Part shown: positions 26,529 through 37,759 of the stretch, one piece after another | Position numbering within the stretch: position 1 is the first letter of the stretch | Layout of the letters: the number at the start of each line of letters is the position of its first letter | NCBI RefSeq assembly: GCF_006345805.1 | Contig: NC_043000.1 | Location: 70,370,001 to 70,434,000 of the forward strand | DNA length: 64,000 nt | From: Octopus sinensis | Lineage: Eukaryota | Direction of reading: 5' to 3' | The notes under the pieces: generated by a model | What the model was told of the DNA's origin: nothing | What the model saw: the letters and a program-made list of their open reading frames with translations, nothing else | The model's database searches: none | Program-made: the position numbers and the translations under genes

Positions 26529-26779
26529 GAAGGAAGGAAGGAAGGAAGGAAGGACAAACTGAGACAGAGAGGGAGTGTCTGTCATGCGGGTCTTCTCAAA
26601 GCATGACTTCTCAAAGCAGAAGTACGAGTCACTGTGAGAGGAGAAGGGGAGACGAAATATTTCCCAAAAAACAACTGGACGGATTTTGAAACAAAGTAAC
26701 TATTTTATCTAATCTTCCGATCATATGGATAAAAAAAATCACAGGGCATGCAACGCATACCTGAGAGTGCACGCCCCTG
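23759..26779 (-). mobile_element. Decayed hAT-superfamily DNA transposon (ZMYM1-like/DUF4371-type transposase)
   Basis: TIRs cagtggcgtgc / (rc) caggggcgtgc. Transposase pieces 25667-25975, 25308-25616, 24670-25323 (FVDETSDVS, AQTYNGATTMVG, IHCCAH) and a C-terminal remnant near 24200-24485. Candidate 8-bp TSD atatgtgt. Confidence 0.88.
23928..24187. mobile_element. MITE-like fold-back element inserted near the hAT 3' end
   Basis: Arms about 23928-24003 and 24113-24187 (ctatttaagaagggtggtccc..ctagtcgtgactagtcgatcct and its reverse complement) around an A-rich spacer. No clear TSD. Confidence 0.7.
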
Positions 26780-26798
26780 ATATGTGTATATATATATG

Positions 26799-26833
<35 letters not shown>

Positions 26834-26836
26834 ATA

Positions 26837-27052
26837 CTCTTTTACTCTTTTACTTGTTTCAGTCATTTGACTGCGGCCATGCTGGAGCACCGCCTTTAGT
26901 CGAGCAAATCGACCCCAGGACTTAATCTTTGTAAGCCCAGTACTTATTCTATCAGTCTCTTTTGCTGAACCGCTAAGTGACGGGGACGTAAACACACCAG
27001 CATCGGTTGTCAAGCAATGCTAGGGAGACAAACACAGACACACAAACACACA

Positions 27053-27094
<42 letters not shown>

Positions 27095-27257
27095 TACGAC
27101 AGGCTTCTTTCAGTTTCCGTCTACCAAATCCACTCACAAGACATTGGTCGGCCCGGGGCTATAGCAGAAGACACTTGCCCAAGATGCCACGCAGTGGAAC
27201 TGAACCCGGAACCATGTGGTTGTTTAGCAAGCTACTTACCACACAGCCGCTCCTGCG

Positions 27258-27260
<3 letters not shown>
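26837..27260 (-). mobile_element. Full-length tRNA-derived SINE with internal (TA)/(TG) tract and LINE-like tail
   Basis: Minus-strand head ggcgcaggagcggctgtgtggtaag..ggttccgggttcagttcc (A/B boxes); tail ggcggtgctccagcatggccgcagtcaaatgactgaaac followed by (taaaagag)n. Confidence 0.9.
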
Positions 27261-27316
<56 letters not shown>

Positions 27317-27469
27317 ATGGAGCGAGAATACATGCAGATGCATGTATACGTGAGTGTGCATGTGTGCATATGCATGCGAGTAAGGACTGTATGTGCAACA
27401 TGTCTGATATATACATGTATATACATCTTCACATATATATTTTCTTATATTACTAAGCACTGAACTGCT

Positions 27470-28380
27470 AAACATATAAATTCCTTAATTCTTCATACTA
27501 CTAACCACTCTCTCTGCCCCTACACTGAGACTCTAACACCATCACCACACATTTGTCATTCCTTTACCTTTTACCGCCACCCCCATTCCTTCTATCTTTT
27601 TACACTATAATACCTTTCTCTCTCTTTCACCCTTCATCTCCCCACTCTTACTTGCAAATTATCTCCACTGACCACTGATGTATCTATATCTTTATTTTTC
27701 TTTTTTCTTTTTTTTCTATTTTCTTTTTTTTTCTTTTTTCTTTATTTCCTTTATCCCTCTCTTCAGGGTTTTTATATTTTTTATTATTTTGTTATTATTT
27801 TATTACTTTTCTTCTTACTTTCTTCTCCTTCTCTGTCTTTTCTCTTTCTCTCTCTCTCTCTCTCTCTTTTCTCTTCTCTTTTTTCTCTTTCTTCATTCCT
27901 CTCTTCCTGTCTTCGATTTGACCCTACTAATACACTCCCTATTTTTAGGTCACTTTAAGTAAAAACCTTTGACCCTACAACACTGTATAAATCTGTACTT
28001 GGAATGACCAAGTTTAAAAACTGCTGGATCTCACTCATATGCAATTGGAAACTTACATTGTGTATAAACTCTATATTTGGAAGGACACATTTTAAACTCT
28101 GTTGGACTCTACTCATAAGGTTTAGGAATCCTACATATATACCATTCTACCTAAAAAAATGGATCTACAACTTCAATATCCCTACATACCTTGCTTCTAT
28201 TTTCTTTCCTCCACCTCACTCTCTATTTTGTATCACATCTAAACTAACTATAACTTAACCATCCTCTCACATCGTCTCCGATGAAGGGATATAATTAATA
28301 ACTATCCTGTAAATAGGTGTAAGACCTTCTATCTATAAATGTTCTAATATCAACACAGCCTTGGTTTTTTATCTCATTAC
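27470..28380 (+). mobile_element. Probable PLE terminal repeat (pyrimidine-rich) ending in a degenerate hammerhead, followed by (TA)n
   Basis: Non-coding and C/T-rich, with a hammerhead-like motif at 28274-28325. The PLE assignment is inferred from that motif and the context. Confidence 0.45.
28274..28325 (+). ncRNA. Degenerate hammerhead motif
   Basis: gtct-CCGATGA-a-gggata-loop-tatcct-GTAAA-taggtgt-A-agac. Stems I and II pair, but GAAA is interrupted by a T and stem III is damaged. Confidence 0.5.
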
Positions 28381-28393
28381 GCAAAAAATTCGA

Positions 28394-28427
<34 letters not shown>

Positions 28428-28650
28428 TATATATATATTATATATATATAAACAATGATAAATCTCAGAGCGAGTTATAACAGTAGCGGAAACACATCGT
28501 GACGTATATTTGCCATTTGAATATGGCTAACCCCTAAGGGTGGATGCTACTGTAGTTTGTAGCCCCAGGAGGACACCTCCTCCAGCTGGCTATAGACACA
28601 CTTCCTGTGCCCTATCAGTATTTGTGAAGGGAAGTCATCCTTCCCGTCTT

Positions 28651-28720
28651 CAACTTATGATACACACGGACTCGAGTTTCAAGGTATTGACCTATCATCG
28701 GCGTGTGACAATCATAGTTG
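28651..28720 (-). ncRNA. Hammerhead ribozyme, array copy 1
   Basis: Minus strand: caact-atgat-tgt-cacacg-CCGATGA-t-aggt-caat-acct-t-GAAA-c-tcga-g-t-C-cgtgtg-t-atcat-a-agttg. GUC triplet; predicted cut between 28669 and 28668. Confidence 0.85.
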
Positions 28721-29002
28721 TCGACGAGAAGTCAGCTCCCTTCACAAATACATATACTTTTTCCAGTATCGATTGACACTGATATTGAAAAAGTGAAATC
28801 AAACAATGATAAATCTCAGAGCGAGTTATAAACAGTAGCGGAAACACATCGTGACGTATATTTGCCATTTGAATATGGCTAACCCCTAAGGGTGGATGCT
28901 ACTGTAGTTTGTAGCCCCAGGAGGACACCTCCTCCAGCTGGCTATAGACACACTTTCTGTGCCCTATCAGTATTTGTGAAGGGAAGTCATCCTTCCCGTC
29001 CT

Positions 29003-29072
29003 CAACTTATGATACACACGGACTCGAGTTTCAAGGTATTGACCTATCATCGGCGTGTGACAATCATAGTTG
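29003..29072 (-). ncRNA. Hammerhead ribozyme, array copy 2
   Basis: Same motif as copy 1; predicted cut between 29021 and 29020, i.e. 352 nt from the copy 1 site. Confidence 0.85.
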
Positions 29073-29142
29073 TCGACGACAAGTCAGTATATGTATTTGG
29101 AAAAAGTATATGTATTTGTGAAGGGAGCTGACTTCTCGTCAA

Positions 29143-29212
29143 CAACTATGATTGTCACACGCCGATGATAGGTTAATACCTTGAAACTCGAGTCCGTGTG
29201 TATCATAAGTTG
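29143..29212 (+). ncRNA. Hammerhead ribozyme, inverted array copy 3
   Basis: cacacg 29156-29161, CCGATGA 29162-29168, aggt/acct stem II, GAAA 29183-29186, palindromic ACTCGAGT, GUC ending at 29194, cgtgtg 29195-29200. Confidence 0.85.
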
Positions 29213-29360
29213 AAGACGGGAAGGATGACTTTCCTTCACAAATACTGATAGGGCACAGAAAGTGTGTCTATAGCCAGCTGGAGGAGGTGTCCTCCTGGGG
29301 CTACAAACTACAGTAGCATCCACCCTTAGGGGTTAGCCATATTCAAATGGCAAATGTACG

Positions 29361-29403
<43 letters not shown>

Positions 29404-32400
29404 CATTTTTGGATTTGGTTTACAAGATTCTTTATGAGTTCGTGTGTTGAAGCATATTCTGTTGTGTATGGGGAGAGTCATTTTCTTTTTGTGCCTTATA
29501 ATTTAACACATTCACCAGTAAAATTTCTACTTATTTCTTATTTTTATTTTCCTAAAATTTTCGTTGCGTCTTGCAACCTTTTCAATAATCTTGACTATTG
29601 AAAAGGTTGCAATATTTTAAGTAAAAATTTATTTTAGCTGCAATATTTTAAGTAAAAATGTTCTTGTTCTGTACTTTATCAGATGTAATAAGTTGTCCTG
29701 AACTTTTCCAAGTGTAATAACTTGTACTGTAATTTCCAAAGTTTGTAATCTTAAGATTATTATTTCTCTTGCTCGCATTTTTCCATGTAATTCATGTTTT
29801 TTTCCAGGCTATGCTATTATGCTAATTAATAATGTGTCAAATGCGTCAATTAGCAGTGTTGTTGATAATTTTTTCCTTATCTCAATGACACCGGTGACAT
29901 ATATTAAAAGTCCCCTTAAAGAACTATATTCATAAAGAAGTATAGAACTACATTATTACCCTCAAATTTGAGAAACAAATACTCGCAACTTTTTCTTTTG
30001 AAACTTCATTGCATGAGATGATACCATGAAATTCTTCGAATTGTACTCTATCATTTATGCTTAATTAAGATATAGTTTGCTTTAAAAATAAAAAAAAATC
30101 CTATTTTTTGGCTTGCTTATATTTTTTCATGATATTTTACCTCACAACTTTTTTTATACAAACTATGAAATTCTTCAGGCTTTCTTCTATCATTGAAGCT
30201 AAGATAAATATTTTTTGCTTTTAAAATAAAAAGTTATTTAGATCTAAACTTGAGTGGTGGCGTTACTTATTCTTCTAAAACGTTGCTACAAATTTTGATG
30301 TAAACTTTTTTTCTACTAAATCAAATATCAATTTTATATGCCAAAATGTAGCTAGGGACCAGTCCTCTTCAAAGATCTTAATAGTTTTCTATTTGGTTAA
30401 GAACTGAATTAATGACAAGTTCTGAAAGATGCTGCGTGTGAGTAAATTGCAACCTTAAGAATATTATTCAACTACGATAGTAGTTGAATAATATTCTTAA
30501 GGTTGCAATTTCGTAGTTGAATGATATATAAAGATGATATATAAACGTATATAAACATAGTGAAGTTTATTATAGATTATAGTGCGGAATTCGGAATACC
30601 TTAAACACAAATCTATAGTTATTTATTTGAAAGTTTTCACTAGGCGCACTGCAGACGTTATGAAAAATAACCAATTGTTCTCATACGTAACTCACTATAT
30701 ATAAATATAGTGAGTTAGGTTCAATTTCCCTAGTTCGTCGAAGAATTGTGATAAGGGTACGGTTATATTCGAGGATTCCCTTATGTTTTTTTTTTCTGTT
30801 TACTAGAGATAAAAATAAAATATTTCTCCCATTGTTTACAGTCGCCATATTGAATGATTTCAAATAAGCAGCTTGTCATTTGTTATTTATTTGTCATCAT
30901 AGATTTTCGGGTATTCTAATTACGCTGTGTTACCTAAATATACCCCAATCGTATTCCTCTTAAAGTTACCAGCTTCATTAACAATTTTACCAGCTACGAT
31001 AGCGAGTCAATCTCATAACAAAATTAAAAACGTCTCATTTGAAATGAAAAACCGCCAAAGTAGGTATCCAACGTAATCATAATACAAAAAGCTGAGCATA
31101 CTGAAATAAAACATTAACAGCCTTAACAATGCACTTTTATAGAACTAAAAACGACTTCATCATCAACAATATGAGAGTACAAAAATAAACTATATACAGT
31201 TTCATCGCAAAATTCCTTAAAATCTCAGAAGAAAACACGAAATTTTACTCCACTCACATCAACCATCCCAGATTTCCAATTCTGGAAAATTCAATAAAAT
31301 CCTTATCACAACATTGATACTATAGTATATTTACATACAGAAGCAAATTTGAAATTAGAGATAATAAAAGATTCCAGACAGTAACACTGCACGTCATTTC
31401 ATAAGCTATTGAATATCGCAATGTACAGTGCAGAGAATCCTGTCTTTTACTGTCACCATACATAAGTGAATTTCGAAACAATTTTAAAGGTTCCGACATG
31501 CCAATCTACAAAGATAATCGTACTAACATGATACTACTTGTAAGAATCTTCCCAAAAATTTGAGTCGATCAACAATGTATTTCTGAATACAAAATAAAAT
31601 ATTACAAAATGAACGCTTTCAAATGAGAAAATGACAAGACTGAATCTTAAATTTAAAGCGATAATTTAACATACAAATGTAGACGAGCAGGCACCTGCAG
31701 GATTTGGTATTGTCGACAGTCTCAAATATGATCACATTACATTTTTTCTTCATCGCACATGCATCATCAGGGAATAGATTCTATAAGTTATTTTATTGTG
31801 GTTTTAGTTTTTCTCCCTGATAATTGATCTCTGTATTTCTGTCAAATTTCAGTCTTAATCCAGCATATTTTATGTTGCTTGTAGTGAACATGACTGCTAT
31901 ATCTTTATCTAATTTTGAAGAATTTAGTTTTCACTCTTCAAAGTAATCTTTATTGATGATATTCATGAGGGAATTTTTTCTCATCAATTTGCTCAATTAT
32001 ATTTTTGTTGAATTTTTATGCATTCGACGCAGGAAAATTGCTTAGGTCATATTATAATAATTATAATCTTAACATTGAGTAAAAGTTAAGCAAACCCTCC
32101 TTTGGGTATGAACAAACAAGCATCGATTTCTTATTTAGATGTAAAGAAAAGAATTTGTGAGGATAGAGATGGCGCTCGTATCTTTCTGAATGTTATAACC
32201 AATCTAAATCATATTTTCCAACAAACTAAAAGCTTTTTTGAATTCGAAAATTATCTGCATAAACGCACAAATAATAATCTAACACACAATTGCCCAAAGC
32301 CAGCATACAAGCTTACAACAGTATTGTGACGCAAAAAGATATAACAAAACGCTAAAACTACACAGTTGATCGGAAGTCTTAATTACACACGGAGTATAAA

Positions 32401-32545
32401 TCACAATTCAGGAGCAAAATGACAATTTTGCCTGAAGCACTAAATACAGGTTAATTAACTCCAGATACTGGATTATTTTGGATTAGTTTGTGAGAATATT
32501 TTGTCTTTAATAACAATATTAGGAAGGTGACTAACCTCCAACAAA

Positions 32546-32629
<84 letters not shown>

Positions 32630-32951
32630 CATATATCTATAACTATAAAAGAGTGTGTGTACGTATGTTCCTTATACATTCCAAAATCAAGGTGCCGATT
32701 TTGACGTATGGGGTATCAAAAGATTCATTACTATTTTGGCTACTAATTAAACTTTATTTTCTTTGACATATTTGCACTATAGATTTCAAAAATTTTAAAT
32801 TATAATCTTTTATATAAGTCAACTATCGTAAACATTTATATGACTATGATGACGTCACATTTTCTACTTTAAAAGATATCCTTCATCACGACACACACCT
32901 TCACTCACTGTCTCTTTGTCTCTTCCTCTCTGTCTCTCTTTCGCGCACACG

Positions 32952-33019
<68 letters not shown>

Positions 33020-33667
33020 CTCATCCATTTCATATACACTCTCTACCATTTTCTCTTTCCTTTCAATTTCTGCTCTCTTCAAAGAATAAAGAAATCAATT
33101 TTCACAGAATGACCGGGAGAAACGCAGAATGAGAAAAAGACAGAGAGACAAGAGAAAGAAACAGAGACAGAAAACAAGTCTCTATGGAAGTTGAAAGACG
33201 GATAGCGAGTGAGAGACAGACGCTGATGTTTCATACCCTATGAATGTTCCATAGTTGAAAGTGAAAAACACCGACACAAAGAGGGTGGGGGAAAGCGGGA
33301 GAGAAGGGGACGCTAACAACCCCAGAACCCAAGTTGTATCGTAAAAATTTTCAGGTCATTTTCACATTCGTCCCAAGTTTCATGCATGCGTAGAATTAGG
33401 CATTATCTCTCTCTCTTTCAATTTCTCATTATAATGTGCAGGGACCTCATGCTGTCAACAAGTCACAACTTCCACTAATTAATTGGAATTAAGTAAGTTA
33501 TGCAAAAATAACTTCCTTTGGTGTACACACAGTTAGAGTACCGCCGCCCACACTTATTTCTTTCCTCAATTTATTCAAATTCCTGTTTTCCATATAGGAC
33601 ATTTGCATTTCGCCCCAAAGCGGGTAGTTGATGGGTGGTCAAGATGGGGGAAGGAGCATTCAGTATT

Positions 33668-34500
33668 TCTTCACCGGATTCCTATGTTTTCGATGACGGA
33701 GATTCCGAATATGCAAAAAACCAGGTTTTCAAATTTTTTCATTCCTCCCCCACCCAAATTTAAAATTTTTTTTTCGAAATTCTTTTTTCAATCTACGCGG
33801 GGAAAATACGGAGATTAAGAATATGGGGGTGGGGACAAATTCTAATTTCAAATGGAAGTATGTTAAAGTTTTTTATTATTTTAGAATGAACACAAACATA
33901 GGTACTGAGCCAGTGACTAAACTTGTAGTATTTTGTTGGGATTAATCCAATGAACTGACACCAAGGTAATTGTTTCTATCAGAATCGTTTACCTTTAAAG
34001 CGAAAAAAACAAAGCCGACGTATATGACAGGTATGTCAAATATATTTGGTGTACTTCTTTCTCTGTTCATTCGGATAAGCTGTAGGAATTGTTGCGCACG
34101 CGCACCCACAACCACAAAAATTCTCCAGGCATTTAGCTGTTATTGGCAATCTAAAAAACGAAAAATTGCCCTGTTATTTTTAGTATATCGAGTTTCGTGG
34201 TGAGGGCTTCACATGCTGTGATCCTTTTGCTCTTTCACTCTAAATCTACGCATGCGGAAACGGGCAAAACAGCCATTCGTTTTCACTTTTAGATAGCGGG
34301 ATGGGGTGTGGATCAATTTTAGAGTTTTCATAAAAAATTTGAAATTAAAATTTCTTTTACCCACTCACCCCCATAATCTTAATCTCCGTATTTTTCCACG
34401 TAAATTGAAAAAAAAATTCGAAAAAAGCTAAAATTTTTGAAAACTTGGTTTTTGCATATTCGGAATCTCCGTCATCTAAAACATAGGAATCCGGTGAAAA
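33668..34500. repeat. Fold-back/MITE-like element with about 150-165 bp imperfect inverted arms
   Basis: tcaccggattcctatgttttcgatgacggagattccgaatatgcaaaaaacc.. (33668-33834) pairs with 34361-34500. Confidence 0.75.
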
Positions 34501-35199
34501 AAACCCGGAAACTTACAAGCAAGTTATCTCAGAAATCCAGTCCTTTACCTGTTATTTCTAGCATGTCCGAGATTACATTTCTGTCCTTCCCCTTATTTCA
34601 TTCCTCAATTTACTCACATTCCTATGTTTTTCAAACAGGAGATTTGCATTTCGTCCCAAAGCGGGTAGCTGATGGGTATTTCTTTCAGAAAAATTTAACT
34701 TTCAAGAACAAATTATATTCCCCACATTCATAATCTCTATTTTTCCACGTGGATAACAAACAAAATTCGAAAAACAGTTAAAAATTAGGAAATTTCGGTG
34801 GGTAGGTGGAAAATATAATTTTCAAAATCATATCAACTCCTTTTATTCGATGAAACAGTACATAGTTTGTGATACTTATGAACATAAATCACTTTACAAC
34901 TGTACCCTCCCTCCTTCACTTCTTGACAAACGATAAGTTCCATTCCGCCACTATATATCTGCTAACAGAATGCATTACGCTTATCAACACAGAACAGCCA
35001 AATCATTGTGAACTTACCGCTTCTTCTCATGATAACGGTATACAAATTGACATATGATTTTTTCCACAGCTCTTCATTCGTTACTAAAAAATCAAATTAT
35101 ACAATGCACAACTTATTGCTATGTCTTCCATATAATATATTTTCCATAATCGTTCGCTATTTTCAGCCATGCCACTAAAACGAAGACATTCTAATTTAT

Positions 35200-37710
35200 T
35201 TCCACAAACAATGGCCGCAAAGAAAGCGGCTTCTATTCGTACTCAAGAAAACTCACTTCAGCGTGAACAGCTGCAGCAATACGAGTGTCAGAGTCTCAAA
35301 CAGAACGGCTGCAACGAGTTTAAAAAACCAGGTGTAGAATAACAGCAACACGGACATCAGAGTTTGAGGTAGACTGCCAGGTGCGGCATCTTCATAATCG
35401 GTGGACTGCAGAAGCAACGTGAGCAGCTGGGTCTCAGGAAGCACATTCCATACATCTTCTTCGAAACAGACGTAGAACTGCAGCAACCAGAGCAGCTGAG
35501 TGTCAGGAAGCATGTTCCACACGTTTACTATGAAACAGACGTACAACTGCAGCAGCCCGATCTGCTGAGTCTCAGGAGCACCGTTCGGAGCGCCTTACAC
35601 TGAACCGATGTAGATCTGCAACAAACCGAGCAGCTGAGTCTCACCAACAGCGTGACAACCGCCTCTTACAAGCATCCAATAGGCAAGCGTTTGTTAGGAC
35701 AAATCGCAGTATAGACAGTGTTATTATAACGAGTTCGAGTGTCCAATATATAATGCCTGCCGCCCCCACGCATGTACCAATGGAAGGTGCATTTTGCGAA
35801 GAGAAATCGGCTCTTATATATGATCCTGATTTAGATTACAGGGGAGATCTTGCTGTAAGAGTAGGCTGGCTATCGCATCTGTGCAGGTTCTGTGGGGCAA
35901 AGAAGTTTGCGTGTGAAAGTCCTGGAATGTGTTGCTCTGGAGACAAGGTTCAGATTCATTTTTTATAACCTCCTCCACAGCCATTATTTGACTTGCTAGA
36001 TGGGTGTACTACAGAATCAAAGTACATTCGACGCTACAATTTCACTTCCCAGCTGACATCTTTTGGCGCGACTTAACAAATAGCAAAGGAAAGATTTCAG
36101 ACGACATTCAGAGTGCAAGGGCAAGTATACCATCCAACGATGACCCAGCCAAATTTCTGCAAATTTACTTTATGGGAAACAACCAGCAGCAGTTAAGGTG
36201 ACACTGTCAGATAATAACAGCCTTGCATGAGGACATCGTTTCTACTCTGCAGACCATGTTTTTGACCCAAAATAATCTGATTCGACAACTATAAGTTGCA
36301 GCAGAATAGACACAAATTTCAAATGATTTTAACCTAGCCATAAGAGCCGACAAAAACCCGTTAGACAGTACTTGGGTTGATACAATGCCCCCACCACTGA
36401 AGAGGTCGCCTGTATCTTAGTTGGCGATCAATATGACCGCAGGGTTATTGTTATCCACTCACGTGACAATACATTATGAAGGGTTTCTGAGACTCATCGT
36501 TCATATGATGATCTACAGTAACCAATCATATTCTGGGAAGGGCAAGATAGCTATCCACTAACCAGACATAATTATCAAACAAAGTATGTCACTAGCAATG
36601 ACTTTTACACCTTCATGATCATGGTTCGTGAGCCGGTCAGCCACTTACTCAAATGTAACCTTTTCCAGCAGTTCATGGTAGACATATACGCTAAAGTGGA
36701 GGATGAGCGCCATCTTTATATAAAAAATAACCAACTAAAACTTCGTGTTAAATCCTACATCCTCTTGCGGGATGCTATTGCCAATGATGATGACATTCAA
36801 AATGTCGGCCACAGGGTTATTCTTCCGGCTTCCTTCACCGGGGAACCAAGGTACATACACGAAAAAACATAAGACGCTATGACCTGTGTTAGAAACTTTG
36901 CTTCTCCAGACCTTTTCCTTACATTCACAAGCAATCCTAAGTGAACTGAAGTTACTGAAAATCTTCTGCCAGGGCAAAAACCCCATCATCGACACGACTT
37001 AATCGCGAGGGTTTTCCACATTAAGATATTGAAATTCATGGACATACTTACAAATAAAAAAATAATTGGAGAAGTTATCTATCGAATGTACACCTTCGAA
37101 TGGCAGAAACGAGGCCTGCCGCATGCACATATTTTGATTTGGTTGAACGAAAAGTTTCACTCAACCCAAATATACTCTGTTATAAGTGCGGAGATTCCAA
37201 ATCAGGATGTAGACAAACGACTTTTCGACATCGTCAAATCGCATATGGTTCATGGTCCCTGTAGCCCTTATAATCAGAATTCCCCATGCATGATAAATGG
37301 AAAGTGCTCAAAAGGGTACCCTAAACAGTTCACTTCTGAAACGCACACTGGACATGACGGGTATCCAACGTACAAAAGACGCTAACCGGGAGACGGTGGA
37401 TTCCATTTCACCCTTCGGCCACAGCAAACTCCGGTCGTTGTAGACAACAGATGGATTGTCCCATATAGTCCTCTATTGCTACGAGTTTTCAAGGCACACA
37501 TTAACGTGGAATTTTGCAATTCCGTTCGCTCCATCAAGTATGTATACAAATATATAAACAAAGGGTCCGACATGGCTATCTTTGGCCTTTCAGATGCTGA
37601 TAGGGCATCAATGAGGTACACCAATATCTAATAGGCCATTATGTAAGCAGTAATGAAGCTGCTTGGAGACTCCTTCCATTCCCCATCCATGACAGATATC
37701 CCATAGTTTA
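35200..37710 (+). mobile_element. Decayed Helitron Rep region, truncated before the helicase
   Basis: CRFCGAKKFACESPGMCC, ILPASFTGEPRY, PDLFLTFTSNP, EWQKRGLPHAHILIW (HUH motif), HGPCSPYNQNSPCM..KCSKGYPK, DNRWIVPY, YINKGSD; many stops and frameshifts. Confidence 0.9.
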
Positions 37711-37759
37711 TTTTGATCCATTGAATCCCGAAAGAGTTAAAGGACAAATATATGCGCCA

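Larger units (their letters stand above)
28450..29364 (-). mobile_element. Tandem plus inverted array of a 351-352 bp non-coding hammerhead-bearing unit (candidate non-LTR retrozyme or non-autonomous PLE derivative)
   Basis: Unit 1 28450-28800; unit 2 (partial) 28801-29087; inverted copy 29099-29364. Copies differ at only a few positions. (TA)n on both flanks; no credible ORF. Confidence 0.85.

Noticed and set aside
28540-29323. Three near-identical 78-79 aa ORFs (MDATVVCSPRR..)
   Set aside because: They start at GTG, have no recognisable domain and lie antisense to the hammerheads; they are repeated only because the unit is.
30790-32460. Possible further LINE fossils in A-rich sequence
   Set aside because: No motif could be read in any frame, so not annotated.
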